NCBI GenBank assembly: GCA_963762255.1
Contig: CAVXKA010000001.1
Location: forward strand, 288,001-352,000
Direction of reading: 5' to 3'
Source: Candidatus Eiseniibacteriota bacterium
GTDB taxonomy: Bacteria; Eisenbacteria; RBG-16-71-46; JABDJR01
DNA: 64,000 bases
The translations under genes and the position numbers were made by a program. Below the pieces are notes generated by a model. It was not told the origin of the DNA. It ran no database searches and saw only the letters and a list, made by a program, of their open reading frames with translations. Below are positions 17,651 through 28,410 of this stretch, piece after piece; position 1 is the stretch's first letter; each line of letters begins with the position of its first letter.

Positions 17651-18535
17651 TCAGACCAGTCCTTCGGTCGGCGTGGGTGGATCGACGCTGTAGTCGTAGA
17701 AACCGATCCCCGACTTCTTCCCGTGATAGCCGGCCATCACCATGCGCTTCAAGAGCGTGGGCGCCGCGTATTGCGGCTGCTTGAACTCGTCGAACATGAT
17801 GTTGGCGATGTAATAGGTGGTGTCGAGACCGACGAAGTCGAGAAGCTTGAAGGGACCCATCGGATAGCCGGCGCCGAGCCGCATGGCGCGGTCGATGTCC
17901 TCGACCGAGGCCACGCCCTTCTCCAGAGCGCGCACGGCGTCGAGGATATAGGGCACCAGCAAGAGGTTCACCACGAAGCCCGGGCTGTCCTCCGCCAGAA
18001 TCGGCTCCTTGCCGAGAGCGCGAGCGAAGGCCATGCCGGCCTCGACGGTCTCCGGCGCGGTCCGCACGGACTTCACCACTTCCACCAGCTTCATGAGCGG
18101 AACCGGGTTGAAGAAGTGAAGACCGATGAAGCGATCGGGGCGCTGTGTGAAGGCGGCCATCTCGGTGATGGAGAGACTCGATGTGTTGCTGGCGAAAATC
18201 GTGTGCGCGGGGCACACCCGGTCGAGCGTGCCGAACACCTCGCGCTTGAGGTCCATGTTCTCGGTGACCGCCTCGATCACGAGATCGCAGTCCTTGAGTC
18301 CCTCTAACGCCGTCACGCCGCGGATGCGGCCCCAGACGGCGGCGGCTTCCTCCGCGGGCATCTTCCCCTTGGCCGCGCGGCCGTCGAGGAAACCCTTGAT
18401 GCGGCCGAGACCCTGGTCGAGGAGCTGCTGGTCGAGTTCACGAACCGTGACTTCGAGGCCGGACTGGGCGGCGACCTGAGTGACACCGGAGCCCATGAGT
18501 CCGCAACCCACCACGCCGACTTTCTTGATCTCCAT
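17651..18535 (-). CDS. hbd: 3-hydroxybutyryl-CoA dehydrogenase
   Basis: VGVVGCGLMGSG, IEAVTE, ASNTSS, GLHFFNPVP, PGFVVN, PMGPF. Confidence 0.92.
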   Translation of the reverse strand: MEIKKVGVVGCGLMGSGVTQVAAQSGLEVTVRELDQQLLDQGLGRIKGFLDGRAAKGKMPAEEAAAVWGRIRGVTALEGLKDCDLVIEAVTENMDLKREVFGTLDRVCPAHTIFASNTSSLSITEMAAFTQRPDRFIGLHFFNPVPLMKLVEVVKSVRTAPETVEAGMAFARALGKEPILAEDSPGFVVNLLLVPYILDAVRALEKGVASVEDIDRAMRLGAGYPMGPFKLLDFVGLDTTYYIANIMFDEFKQPQYAAPTLLKRMVMAGYHGKKSGIGFYDYSVDPPTPTEGLV

Positions 18536-18643
18536 GGGGAGGCACTCCTTAGGGGGCGGAACCAAACGCAGGGAAGCGCCGCGAAGCATCGGATCGGCGG
18601 CGCCGAAGCGAGGGGCGTAGGCTAGCACCCGGCCGGAGGCGGG

Positions 18644-18692
18644 GGCAAGGCAAGGGCGAGCGGCAAGGCAAGGGCGAGCGGCAGAGAAGGGC
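18644..18692. repeat. 18 bp tandem repeat, 2 copies plus a partial copy
   Basis: GGCAAGGCAAGGGCGAGC twice, then GGCAGAGAAGGGC, just beyond the stop of the UshA-like gene. Confidence 0.75.
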
Positions 18693-19645
18693 TATTTCTT
18701 CTTGGGGTGCGCCGCTTCCCACTTGGCCACGTCGGGGGCGAAGGCGGGATCCTTCTGGATGGCGTCGCCGAGGGGCTTCCCCTCCCCCTTGGCCTCGACG
18801 ATCGAGCCGTCACTTCCCACGGTGATGTCGAGTACCGACATGTACTGCCCGCGGTTGCCGGCCCGGATGATCACGGTCTTGCCCAGCCGCTCGGGCTCGA
18901 ACTCGTACCCGGGGCTGTGCCCCACGACGAGGACGTCGATCCCCGACACCTCGGCCAACAGCCGCTTCGCGTCGCCGGGCCCCTCATGAAAGAGCACGAC
19001 CACGACATCCGACTGTCGGCGCAGCTCGGGGAGGACGCGGAGCAGGGCCGTCTTGGAATCCTCGAACGTGAAGTCGTCCTTCTTCTGGACGCCCCGGGTC
19101 TTGTTGAAGGCGTAGTACGAGCCGCCGGTCACGCCGGTCACGCCGACTCGGACGCCTTCCTTGTCGAAGACCGCGTATTCGGGAAACACGAGCGCCCCGG
19201 CCGAGTCCTTCACGTTCGCGGAGACCATCTTCACCTGGGGGTTGCGGGCCGCCAGCGCCTTCAACGCCGTCAGCCCCTCAAGCAGCTCCAAGTCCCCGGG
19301 AGTGACCGCCTCGTAACCCATCCGGCCCATCAAGTCCCAGATGAACTCGGTTCTCTTCCAGGAGTCCGGGGGCTTGTCGTCGCCGAAGTTGCCGGCGTCC
19401 ACCACGAGCACGGGTCTTCCCATTGCCCGCTCCGCCTTGATCACGGTCGGCCTCTTGTCCAAGCCCCCCAGCATCTTCTTGCTGCAACCGCAGGTGATGA
19501 CTTCACCCACGCTGGATGCGGTGGCGACGATGGTCACCTTGCCGCCGGACGCGCGGGCGGCGGTCGCGAGGCCGAGGGGAAGAAGAAGACCGGCGGCGGC
19601 GATGAGAATGACCGGCCGGCGCTGCGCGAGGTTCAGGATCGACAT
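18692..19645 (-). CDS. Secreted UshA/5'-nucleotidase-like metallophosphoesterase-fold protein with a CGC motif
   Basis: Signal peptide (…LATAARA); GEVITCGCSKKMLGGL, LVVDAGN, PGDLE, VSANV, GVTGV, LFH, VGHS, GNRGQY. The C-terminal nucleotidase domain is absent. Confidence 0.75.
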   Translation of the reverse strand: MSILNLAQRRPVILIAAAGLLLPLGLATAARASGGKVTIVATASSVGEVITCGCSKKMLGGLDKRPTVIKAERAMGRPVLVVDAGNFGDDKPPDSWKRTEFIWDLMGRMGYEAVTPGDLELLEGLTALKALAARNPQVKMVSANVKDSAGALVFPEYAVFDKEGVRVGVTGVTGGSYYAFNKTRGVQKKDDFTFEDSKTALLRVLPELRRQSDVVVVLFHEGPGDAKRLLAEVSGIDVLVVGHSPGYEFEPERLGKTVIIRAGNRGQYMSVLDITVGSDGSIVEAKGEGKPLGDAIQKDPAFAPDVAKWEAAHPKKK

Positions 19646-19722
19646 CGTGGGCTCCTCAAGGATGTGAGACGGCGGGGATACCTGTCCCCGGCGGTCCGTA
19701 TTCCTGCGGGGCAAGGCCCGAA

Positions 19723-20461
19723 CTACTTCGTGCGAATGAAGATCCAGTACCCGATGGCCACGAACAGGGCGCCCACCATGACCGCCGTGATCTCGGGTCC
19801 GTACCGGTCCACCACCGGCTGGAACACACCCCCCAATGTGGGAATGTGCAGGTTCGATACCGCTTGCTTGGCGGAGTCCGTGGCCCGGCCCACCGTGCCG
19901 CCCAGACCTGTCCGCGTCGGGGTGCGCGTTGAGTCCGACCCGCTCCCACGGGAAGTAGCGAACGACCACCCAGGCCGCCACCACCAGCACCGCCAGCCGC
20001 ACCACGAACCGGAAGAACCACCCGAAGAACGGAAAGCGCGGTCCGAATCGCGGCGCGGGTATGCTCACCGGCCTCGCGGCCGCACCCAGCGGCTTGGCGT
20101 CCTTGCGTGCCGGCATCCCCTTCAACTTGTTGAGAAAGAGGAAGAGCCGGTGCCACTCCCGCTCGAACTCCTCGCGCTCGCGGTCGGATCTTGCGTTGGG
20201 GGCGGCCAGCGTGGGGTACCGGGTCATGAACTCGCCGAGGCTGCGCTGATGCGAGAGCAACTCCTGCAACCCTCCACCACCGCCGTTGTGCACGACCGCC
20301 GTGAGGTCTTCCGCGATCTTCCCCTTGAGAGCCAGGAATCGGTTCTCCTCCTCCGGAGAGACGTCGGTCGCGCCGTGCCTGTTGGACACCAGGTTCCGGT
20401 ACTCGACCCACTCGCGAATCAACCGATCCAGCCGGCTCTTGTATCGCTGCTCGGCGAACAT
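19723..20461 (-). CDS. Hypothetical membrane protein (soluble helical N-domain, two TM segments), frameshift near 19915
   Basis: MFAEQRYKSRLDRLIREW... FVVRLAVLVVAAWVVVRYF, continuing in another frame as ...GPEITAVMVGALFVAIGYWIFIRTK-TAG(19723). The ORF track wrongly fuses it to the next gene. Confidence 0.65.
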
Positions 20462-20518
20462 GGCAATCACCTCACCGCAGCGCGGCCGGGTTCCTCGAAT
20501 TGGGACCCGGGGCCGGCG

Positions 20519-21586
20519 CTACTTTCGCTTGAGACCCTTGAGCTTCTCCGGATCCTGAATGCGCGTGACCACATCCACGTAGTCCACGAAGCCCTGCTCG
20601 TAGAGGCTGAGCAGCGCGTCGTCCAGCAGCATCATGCCCTCCCGGTAGTGGGTGGCGATGGCGTTGTTGATCTGGTGGACCTTCCCCTCGCGGATGAGGT
20701 TCGAGATCGGCGAGTTCACGAACATGACTTCACGAGCGCAGACACGGCCCTGGCCGTCCGTGCGCCGCAGAAGCGTCTGAGAGACCACCACCTTGAGGGT
20801 GAGGGAGAGGCGCGTGCGGATCTCCGCCTGATGCTCGAGCGGAAACACATCGATGATGCGGTTGATGGTCTTGGCCGCGGATTGGGTCGAGAGCGTCGAG
20901 ATGACGATGTTGCCGGTTTCGGCCGCAGTGAGCGCGATCTCCATGGTGTCCCGGTCGCGCATCTCTCCGACGAAGATGATGTGGGGCATCTGGCGGAGCG
21001 CGGCTTTCAGCCCCCGCGGATAGGACATGGTGTCGAAGCCCATCTCGCGCTGGTCGATCACGCAGACGTTGCTCCGGAACATGAACTCGATGGGGTCCTC
21101 GATGGTGATGATGTGCTTGGGGACCCCGTGCAGGGTGTTCAGGTGCTCGATGTAGGAGGCGATGGTGGTGGACTTCCCCGCTCCGGTGGGCCCCGTGATG
21201 AGCAAGAGCCCGCTGGGAACGTTCACCATCTGCATGAGCACGCGCTCGGACAGCCCGAGCTGCTGATAGGGCGGGATCTCCAGGGGCACCAGCCGCAGGA
21301 CGGCGGCTATGGTGCCGCGCTGCTGGTAGACGCTCACGCGGAATCGGGCGAGATCCGGCACGTGGTAGCCCACGTCCAGCTCCCGCTCCATCTCGAAGGT
21401 CTTCCGCTGCTCCATGGTCAGGAACTGGTAGACCAGGTTCTGGGTCTCGCTCCCGCTGAGGATCCAGTCGGGGTCGAGCGCATGGAGCGCGCCGTGGATG
21501 TGAAGCGTGATGGGTGCGCCGGCGGAGATGAGAATGTCGCTCGCGCTGCGGTCGACCGACTCGCGGAGGATCTCCATCACGTCCAT
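20519..21586 (-). CDS. pilT: PilT/PilU-family pilus retraction ATPase with a non-canonical His box
   Basis: ASDILI, RFRVSVY, GPTGAGKST, TIEDPIE, VGEMRD, SNLIREGK. Confidence 0.88.
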   Translation of the reverse strand: MDVMEILRESVDRSASDILISAGAPITLHIHGALHALDPDWILSGSETQNLVYQFLTMEQRKTFEMERELDVGYHVPDLARFRVSVYQQRGTIAAVLRLVPLEIPPYQQLGLSERVLMQMVNVPSGLLLITGPTGAGKSTTIASYIEHLNTLHGVPKHIITIEDPIEFMFRSNVCVIDQREMGFDTMSYPRGLKAALRQMPHIIFVGEMRDRDTMEIALTAAETGNIVISTLSTQSAAKTINRIIDVFPLEHQAEIRTRLSLTLKVVVSQTLLRRTDGQGRVCAREVMFVNSPISNLIREGKVHQINNAIATHYREGMMLLDDALLSLYEQGFVDYVDVVTRIQDPEKLKGLKRK

Positions 21587-21592
21587 GGCTGG

Positions 21593-22877
21593 TTACCTCT
21601 GATCGCGGATGATGGTGGGGGTCACCTCGATGAGAAGATCGGTCTGGGTCTTCTCGATCCGGTAATGGCGGAAGAGATAGCCGATGACCGGAATGTCGCC
21701 CAAAAGCGGCACCTTCTTGACCGCTTCCTTGGTCTCTTCGTTGAGGAGGCCGCCCAGGAAGAACTTCTGCCCGTCCCGCACCCGCACGACCGAGGTCGCG
21801 CGGCGGGTCGAGGTCTGGGGCAGGTCGTTGTCGGGACCCACGAAGGCCACGATGGTGGACACTTCGGGGCTCACCAGGCTCGTGATGAAGCCGTCATTGG
21901 AGATGCGCGGGGTGATGTTGAGCTTCACGCCGACGTCGATCTTCTCGAGCTGCACGCTCTGGAACGCCCCACCCTGCACTCCCCCGGACTGAAGGCTGGT
22001 GATGACCACCGGCACCGTCTGGCCGATGAAGATCTCCGCCGGTTGGTTGTCCATGGTGGTGATCTTGGAGTTGGCCAGCAGCTTCGCGTTGCCGTCGGTG
22101 ATGAGGGCGTCCAGGGTGATCTCGAACGCCTCGACCTGCCGGTACCAATCGTCTGTCTTGCCGTACTTCACGAAGGGCAACTCGCTAGGAAGCGCATCGT
22201 TGCTGGAGGAACCCGGGTCGCCCTCGGTGACGATCTGCGTCCAATTGGTGATCTTCGCCCAGTCGATGCCCAGCTCCTTGAGCGTGGTGGTGTTCACTTC
22301 GACCAGGCGCGCCTCCAGCATGACCTGGGCCGGCTTCGCGTCGAGCTGGCGGACGATGCCGTCGATCTCCTCGATGATCGACTGCGGCGCCTTGACGATG
22401 AGCCGGTTGCCGGAGCCGTAGGAGCGCATGTCCTTGGACACCACCGCCAGGGCCTCGGTCACCTCGTCCGCGTTGGCGTATTGAAGCTCGAAGACGCGGG
22501 TGGTGAGACCGGTCTGAGTGGCGAGCCGCTGGAGATCGGCGACAAGGATGGAGTTGCCCACCCGTTCGTAGCCGAGACCGGCCGCGCGCACCACGAGGTT
22601 CAACGCCTCGATGAACGGGGTGTTGGTCAGGTGGATGCTGATCGTGCGCCCCTGGACCTCGGGGCTTGTCACGATGTTGAGCTGGCTCCGGTCGGCCAGG
22701 ATCTCCAGCACCGTGATCACCGGGGTGTTGTCGGCGTCCAGGCTGATGAGCTGGCTCTGCGCGGCCTGCGTGGCCGCCTTCCTGCGCGAGGACGGGCGAT
22801 GCCGCCAGCAGCAGGGAGGCGATCAACAGGCCCGCGAACCGGCCCGTTCTCCAGTGTCCCGCCTTCATGGCTCTCAC
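21593..22877 (-). CDS. pilQ: Type IV pilus/T2SS secretin (PilQ-like), frameshift near 22780
   Basis: Signal peptide (LLLAASPVLAQ), ISLDAD, QVMLEARLVEV, ELGIDW, GVKLNITPRI, KVPLLGDIPVIGYLF. Confidence 0.88.
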
Positions 22878-23362
22878 GGCTGTCTCCTTAGAGTGAGTGT
22901 GTGCGTAACTCCATCCTTCGTCACGACGACCGCGCTCTGGCTGATGGAGGTGATCGTCCATCCCTCGAAGGACTGCCCCACGCGCAGGCGGCCGGATATG
23001 CCTCCCTCCGACGAGAGCTGAACCTCGGGGTCCACTTGATCGAACAGTACCAAACGTACGTCGGGAGGGGTGTCCGACCGGGTCTGCGCATCGGGCCGCT
23101 GCGTTGCGGCGGCCGGTCGCGCGGGCAGGTGGAACGGATCGCGCGACGGCGTCCCGACGTCGCGGAGCGCATCGTCGCGGGCCTTGGCCTCTGCCGCCGG
23201 CGAGGTGCCGACTCCGGGGGACGAGGCGCGGGGCCCGACCACCGGTGAGAGAACCGCGTCCGCGGCGGCCAGGGACCGCACGACGAGATAGATCCCCGCC
23301 GCCAGCAAGAGCACTGCGGCAAGAGAACCCATCCCGTTTCGGCTCTTGCGTCGCGACCTCAC
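22874..23362 (-). CDS. PilP-like pilus assembly protein
   Basis: N-terminal TM, RDPF motif, beta-rich C-terminus (LRVGQSFEGWTITSI); lies between pilO and pilQ. Confidence 0.6.
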   Translation of the reverse strand: MRSRRKSRNGMGSLAAVLLLAAGIYLVVRSLAAADAVLSPVVGPRASSPGVGTSPAAEAKARDDALRDVGTPSRDPFHLPARPAAATQRPDAQTRSDTPPDVRLVLFDQVDPEVQLSSEGGISGRLRVGQSFEGWTITSISQSAVVVTKDGVTHTLTLRRQP

Positions 23363-23898
23363 GGTCTTCCCTCCGGGTTCAAGGTCAACACCGAGACGTC
23401 GAGGTTCAGGGTCACGCCGGGATCGTCAAGCCCCGTGCCCATGGTGAACGAATCCACGATGACCAGCGGGGCGGCCAGCTCCAGAGCCTGGAGGAAACGT
23501 ATCTGCTGGGTGAAGCTCCCCTGCACGGACATGAAGTAGGTCGTCCGGGTGAAGGGGGGCGTCTCCGTGCGGGCGCCCAGACGCAGGTCCAAGCGCCGCA
23601 ACCGAGCTTGCGCGCGAATCCGCTCCAGTATCCGGAGCGGGTCCGCTTCCCGATAGGCATCCAGCCACTGCGCTGCCCCCTCCGCCTCACCGGATACATA
23701 CTCCGCCAGGGCCGTGGCTTCAAGCCGCTTTCGATCCGCCTCGAGGGCGCTCTTCTCCACCACGGCGCGGCGCGCGAGAAGCCGGCCCAGCTCCCGCTCC
23801 TGGGGACGGACCCAGAGCAAATCCACCCCGAGCGCGGCCACGATGACCAGCACCGCCAGGATCAGCTCGGGGGTCTTGCCGCGCCAGAACCGGCTCAT
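23359..23898 (-). CDS. pilO: PilO-like protein
   Basis: TM plus coiled coil, VQGSF..IRFLQALE; operon position. Confidence 0.7.
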   Translation of the reverse strand: MSRFWRGKTPELILAVLVIVAALGVDLLWVRPQERELGRLLARRAVVEKSALEADRKRLEATALAEYVSGEAEGAAQWLDAYREADPLRILERIRAQARLRRLDLRLGARTETPPFTRTTYFMSVQGSFTQQIRFLQALELAAPLVIVDSFTMGTGLDDPGVTLNLDVSVLTLNPEGRP

Positions 23899-24479
23899 GG
23901 TGCAGGCTCCGTCTTAGGGGCAGCCTTGGGCGGTGTCTTGCGCAGCACGACCTCGAAATCCTGGAGGCCCACGCCGCTGGCTGTTCCCAGGTCGATTCTC
24001 GGGTATTGGCGACCCACCGTGGGGCTATCGCGCAGGGTCTGCATGAAGACGATCACGGGGTTGAGATCGAGCGAACCTCCGAGGATGCTCCCCTCCAGGT
24101 TCAATCCGTCCAGATTCCCCCGCCCGCGGCCGGAGGCAGCGTCGATCTTCGCGAGGATGAGGTCGTTGGGCAGGGCCCTCGCCACCGCCGCGACCGTCGT
24201 GGCCCAGTCCACCCGATCGAGACGCGCCTGGACGAGCTGTTGCGCGAGTCGGGCCTGTGAGGTCTCGGGGGCTTCGTGCGTGTGCGCTTCCAGGGCGACG
24301 ATCGAAGCGCGCAGATCGCTGACGCGCCCGCGAACCTGAAAGCCGGAGATGACGAGAAAGCCTATGAGGAGGAGATCGACGCCGACCACGATCCCCAGGA
24401 TCGATCCGCGAAGAATGCCCCGACGCACCACTGCGGCGCGCTGCAGCCGCTCCGGGTACAAGTTGACTTGGTACTTCAC
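23895..24479 (-). CDS. pilN: PilN-like protein
   Basis: VNLYP N-terminal motif (INLLP-like), TM, LP..L.L motif; follows pilM. Confidence 0.75.
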   Translation of the reverse strand: MKYQVNLYPERLQRAAVVRRGILRGSILGIVVGVDLLLIGFLVISGFQVRGRVSDLRASIVALEAHTHEAPETSQARLAQQLVQARLDRVDWATTVAAVARALPNDLILAKIDAASGRGRGNLDGLNLEGSILGGSLDLNPVIVFMQTLRDSPTVGRQYPRIDLGTASGVGLQDFEVVLRKTPPKAAPKTEPAP

Positions 24480-24486
24480 CCGATCC

Positions 24487-25437
24487 TCACCATGCTGCCA
24501 ACCCGACCGCGCTCACCAGCCGGACCCGATCTTCGGCGGGCGGAGCATCTCCCTGGATCTGGATGTTCGTCAGCGGATCGACCGGCACGAGTTCGGTGCC
24601 CAGGATGGCGGCCGTGCGTTCCTTCAGCCCGGCAACCAGCGCCCCGCCGCCGCACACGTACACACGCGCGACCTGACGGATACGCTGGCGGACGGCCAGA
24701 AAGCGGAACGTCTCTTCGAGTTCGAACGCGAGGTTGCGCGCGCAATCCTCCGGGGAGCGCTCGGCGGGGCCCTCGCAGGTGAACTCCATCGCGCGCACGT
24801 AGAGATCCCCGCCGGGTGCGACTGCGGCCAGTACGCTCGACTCCGCGCCAAGATCCAGGACCACGCGGGCACCATCCCCCGCTTCCAGGGGATAGGCGTC
24901 GAGCACGGCGTTCACGACGGGGAGAGGCTCGGCTCCCAGCGCCATCGGATCGATGCCCACCGCGTCCAGGATCCGTAGCACCTCGTCGCGCTGGGCTCGG
25001 GGCGCGGCTACCAGGACCACTTCCTTGCCGGGGGCCCCTCCTCCTTCGACGGCGGGTGCGTCTCCCACGATCTGGAAATCGAGGCACGGCTCCTTGAGGC
25101 TCTCGAGCGGGAGGTGTTTGCGCGCCTCGAAGGGGAGCGCCCGGCGCAGTTCGTCTTCGGTCAAGGCGGGGAGGACGACCTGGCGCACGCACACGTCCCG
25201 ACCCCCGACCGCGGAATACACGGAGCCGAGCTGGCGGGACTTGAGACCGACACGCCGCAACAATGCGGACAGCGCGCTCGCGCGCGCTCGCATACGATCG
25301 GGAACGGACCGGTCCACCGGCTCCATTCCCCAATGGCTGAGAACCGGCCGGTCGTCGGCACCGGGCTCGAGTCGAACGAGCTTCACGGTGTGACGGCCGA
25401 GATCGATTCCCGTTGTGGCTGCACGACGCGACAGCAC
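24487..25437 (-). CDS. pilM: Type IV pilus assembly protein PilM
   Basis: GIDLGRHTVKLV, FEARKHLP, VLDLGA, YVCGGGA, AVGLA. Confidence 0.9.
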   Translation of the reverse strand: MLSRRAATTGIDLGRHTVKLVRLEPGADDRPVLSHWGMEPVDRSVPDRMRARASALSALLRRVGLKSRQLGSVYSAVGGRDVCVRQVVLPALTEDELRRALPFEARKHLPLESLKEPCLDFQIVGDAPAVEGGGAPGKEVVLVAAPRAQRDEVLRILDAVGIDPMALGAEPLPVVNAVLDAYPLEAGDGARVVLDLGAESSVLAAVAPGGDLYVRAMEFTCEGPAERSPEDCARNLAFELEETFRFLAVRQRIRQVARVYVCGGGALVAGLKERTAAILGTELVPVDPLTNIQIQGDAPPAEDRVRLVSAVGLAAW

Positions 25438-25488
25438 GTGCCCTCCTTGGCTGCTGCGCCCTCAGGGCGACGGGCTATGGTACGACGT

Positions 25489-26825
25489 TCAGCTTCCGAC
25501 CGCCACCTCGCGCCAGTCCAGCAGTTCGGTGACGCCGGACTTGCCTCCGAAGGGGAATCCCTCGAGGTACGGCGGCAGGTCGGGGATGAACCCCGGGTCG
25601 AAGGTAATGTCCGGGTTGCCATGGTTCGTCCAGTTACCCAGGACGACCACCGTTCCGGTCACGGAGAACTGCCCCTGGACGTCAACCACATCTCCGGTCA
25701 CGTAAAACAGGGCCGGGTACGCGGGTGTGCCTACCGTTGTTTGCGCGTTGGACTGGTCGACATTGTGGACGATCGCGGCAATCCCGTTCCGGGGTTCGAA
25801 AACGACATCGGTCTTGAGACGAAGGGTTCCACCGACCCATCTCTCAGTCTTCAACCTCTCGCCCGGGACCCCCATGTAGCGAGTATTGATGATGGTGGCA
25901 GTGAGGGACGGGGATCCGGGGGTTTGCTTGAGGACGATATCTGCCTTCGTGCTCCCGGAGTACGCGCCGAAATTCACCACGACCGAAGTATTCCCGGCGG
26001 CGGTGTTCAGGGGGAAGATTGTGGATCCGTCCCCGAAGAAAGTCTCCGGCGAGCTGGATAGATCAAAGCTAAACGTGGTGTCGCCGAAACGTCACCTGCA
26101 TGCCGACCTTTCCGGAGAACGGGTTGGTGGCGGGGGTGATGTCGATCCCGTCCCGGTCGTAGATGCGCGCCACGTTGGTGCCGCCATGGGCACCGTGCAA
26201 GTTCGTGGCGAGGACGTAGTAGTAGGTGGAGCTGGGGTAGTACTCCGGCTCGGTGTAGATGACGGGTGGAAAGATGTCGAATTCGTCGCTGTAGGTGCCA
26301 CCGCAGTCCAAGTGCACGTCGTGCTTCCCGAAGTCGGCCACGTCGTTGACGTGGATGTGGCCCTAATGCAGAGCTTTCCTTTAGCTTCGATGTCCCCATC
26401 ACCACCATCGCGGTCGCTTGCTCCGGGGGCTCCACGTTGAACCACGCCTCCACCGCGCGGGTGGCGCGCCGGACATGCCCCTCGGAGTAGACGTACAGCG
26501 CGGAATCGCCGGTGACTGCGTACACGCTGTCCACGGTGGTGACAAAGAAGGTGCCCGCGCCCAGGGCGGTCGACGCCACCGGTCCTCGCCACGTCCCCTC
26601 GTTCAGGAGTTTGGAACGCGCCAACTCGATCCCGGCATCGGCCAGGTAGAAGGCTTCGGCGGTATCCTCCCCGTAGATGGCGGCCTTGGTCTCGTACGAG
26701 GCCATCGCGAAGAAGGCCATGCCGGTGATGACGACGAGGAACGAGAAGACGACGACGGTGAGCAGCGCGAAGCCACGTTCGTCACCGAGCGATGGCCGGC
26801 GGGTATCGATTCTTGCGGTCCTCAT
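25489..26825 (-). CDS. PilX-like minor pilin with a large C-terminal domain, at least 2 frameshifts
   Basis: DERG|FALLTVVVFSFLVVITG, AFYLADAGIE; continues through ORFs 26069-26341 and 25489-25980. Confidence 0.7.
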
Positions 26826-26860
26826 AGTTGCCTTCTTCCTCCGAGCGATACCGCCAAGGG

Positions 26861-27371
26861 TCAAGGGGTGGCCTTGTCCGGGAAATTGCGGTTGCGGATG
26901 GCCGCGGTCGTCTCCATCTTAACCCGGTTATCGGCCGCATCGCGCAGCTCCAACACGATGAAGACGGAGGTGGTGTCCTCGTTGGTCTCGAACGAAGAGC
27001 TCCGTGCACTCCTGATCCGCGAGCGGCGCATAGCTCTGCTCATCGCTGGACTGGAGCACCTTCTGGACCCCGTCCGACACATCCCGCTTGTAGGCGCGGA
27101 ACTCGGTGCTGTCACGGAGAGCCAGCCGGTCGGGGTTCGCGCTGTCGACGTCGATCCATCGCGCGCGGCGAACGTCGCGGGCGATCTGCTCGACGGCCCG
27201 CGCCGCCTCCTGTTGCATCACCAGTTTCCTCTGTCCCTGGCGAAAGGACCGCTGATTGGTCAGGACGATGGTGCCCGCGGCCAATGCGACCAGCAGCGTG
27301 AGCATCAGGGCGATGACCAGCTCGATCATCGTGTAGCCGGCTAGCCGGCGCGCGCGGGGAGCGGCTCTCAC
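26861..27371 (-). CDS. PilW-like minor pilin, frameshift near 27000
   Basis: RLAG|YTMIELVIALML prepilin motif, IARDVRRA; C-terminus ...TTAAIRNRNF. Confidence 0.75.
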
Positions 27372-27814
27372 GGGTACCGCCTTCCCACAAGCGTGGTGAG
27401 CCAGAGCGTGTCCGGCACGACCGTACCTGCGTCCAGCGTCCTGCGATCCCAGATGACCCCTACCTTCACCACCGAGATATCGTCGTTGGCAGGCGGCGGT
27501 TCGTCGTCCGGGTTGACGGCCAGGGAGACCTCGTAATGTTGCCCGTCCACGATCACGGTGGAGTTCACCACTGTGCCGTCGAGGGAATCCAGATGGGCGT
27601 ACGTCCACCGACGGGCCTCTTCGATCCGTTGCTCTCCCACCGCGGTCGCCTTACGGCGGTCCTCCTCGAAGTCAATCTGCGTCCGGCCTCGCGCGTAGAA
27701 CTGCGCGAGGCCAAAGAAGACGAGGATGAGGATGACGGCGGCGATCATGACCTCGAGAAGGCTGAAGCCTCTCTCGGCGGACATGGGAAACCGGCGCGGG
27801 ACGCGACGGGTCAT
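27368..27814 (-). CDS. PilV-like minor pilin
   Basis: ERG|FSLLEVMIAAVIL prepilin N-methylation motif. Confidence 0.8.
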   Translation of the reverse strand: MTRRVPRRFPMSAERGFSLLEVMIAAVILILVFFGLAQFYARGRTQIDFEEDRRKATAVGEQRIEEARRWTYAHLDSLDGTVVNSTVIVDGQHYEVSLAVNPDDEPPPANDDISVVKVGVIWDRRTLDAGTVVPDTLWLTTLVGRRYP

Positions 27815-27886
27815 GGTGTTCTGTCTATTCCTTCCGAAAGAGCGCAGAGGCTGCCCGGCCAGGGGGGACCGGGCAGCCGAAGCGAC

Positions 27887-28309
27887 TCAATCCCCGATAT
27901 CGGTCTTGATCACCCCGTTCTTCGTGATGTCGGCTACCTCAAGAACCAAGGTTGTGTTAGCCCCCCCTACCTTGGCCGTCAGACCGGTCGCAGTGACAGC
28001 GAACGGTTCGGTCTTCGCTTCTCCCGCCCCGTCTGTGATCTCATACTTGAAATTCTCCGAAGATGTGAGGTCCACCACACCGAGGCTGTCCGGCGCCACA
28101 GGCCACTTATCGTTCTCTATGGCATACGCCTTCGATGCCGTGATGATCTCACCCATGCGCCCGCTGGCCTCGGTCATGCGCGCGTTCTTGATGTACTTCC
28201 CGTAGATCGGGATCGCGATGGCGGCGAGGATCCCGACGATCACCACCACCACCATGAGCTCGATCATGGTGAAGCCCTTCTGGTTCTTGTTCTTGCGGAA
28301 GCGGTTCAT
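27887..28309 (-). CDS. pilA: Major type IVa pilin
   Basis: KNQKG|[24 protein letters not shown]; GGAGG ribosome-binding site. Confidence 0.92.
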   Translation of the reverse strand: MNRFRKNKNQKGFTMIELMVVVVIVGILAAIAIPIYGKYIKNARMTEASGRMGEIITASKAYAIENDKWPVAPDSLGVVDLTSSENFKYEITDGAGEAKTEPFAVTATGLTAKVGGANTTLVLEVADITKNGVIKTDIGD

Positions 28310-28410
28310 TGCGAAACCTCCATACGTTCACGGTTGTCGATCCTGAAGCTGCGTCCCCACCCCACCCCGTCCGGGCCCCCCTTGGCCCGCGCTTTGAGAA
28401 AACCCGCGTC

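Noticed and set aside
19480-19500. Selenocysteine in the UshA-like CxU motif
   Set aside because: Codons read TGC GGT TGC; there is no in-frame TGA
18692-20470. 592 aa fusion ORF in the track
   Set aside because: Artefact of an indel near 19915; the upstream gene has its own stop at 19723 and the second gene has its own RBS and signal peptide
18707-22891. Long antisense ORFs (1394 aa here; also 9686-12286, 138-2081 and the 5' part of 53270-57283)
   Set aside because: Shadow frames of high-GC genes on the opposite strand, with no protein motifs
27887-28309. Electrically conductive e-pilin
   Set aside because: The pilin is full length (about 128 aa mature) with only about 8 aromatic residues, not the short aromatic-dense type
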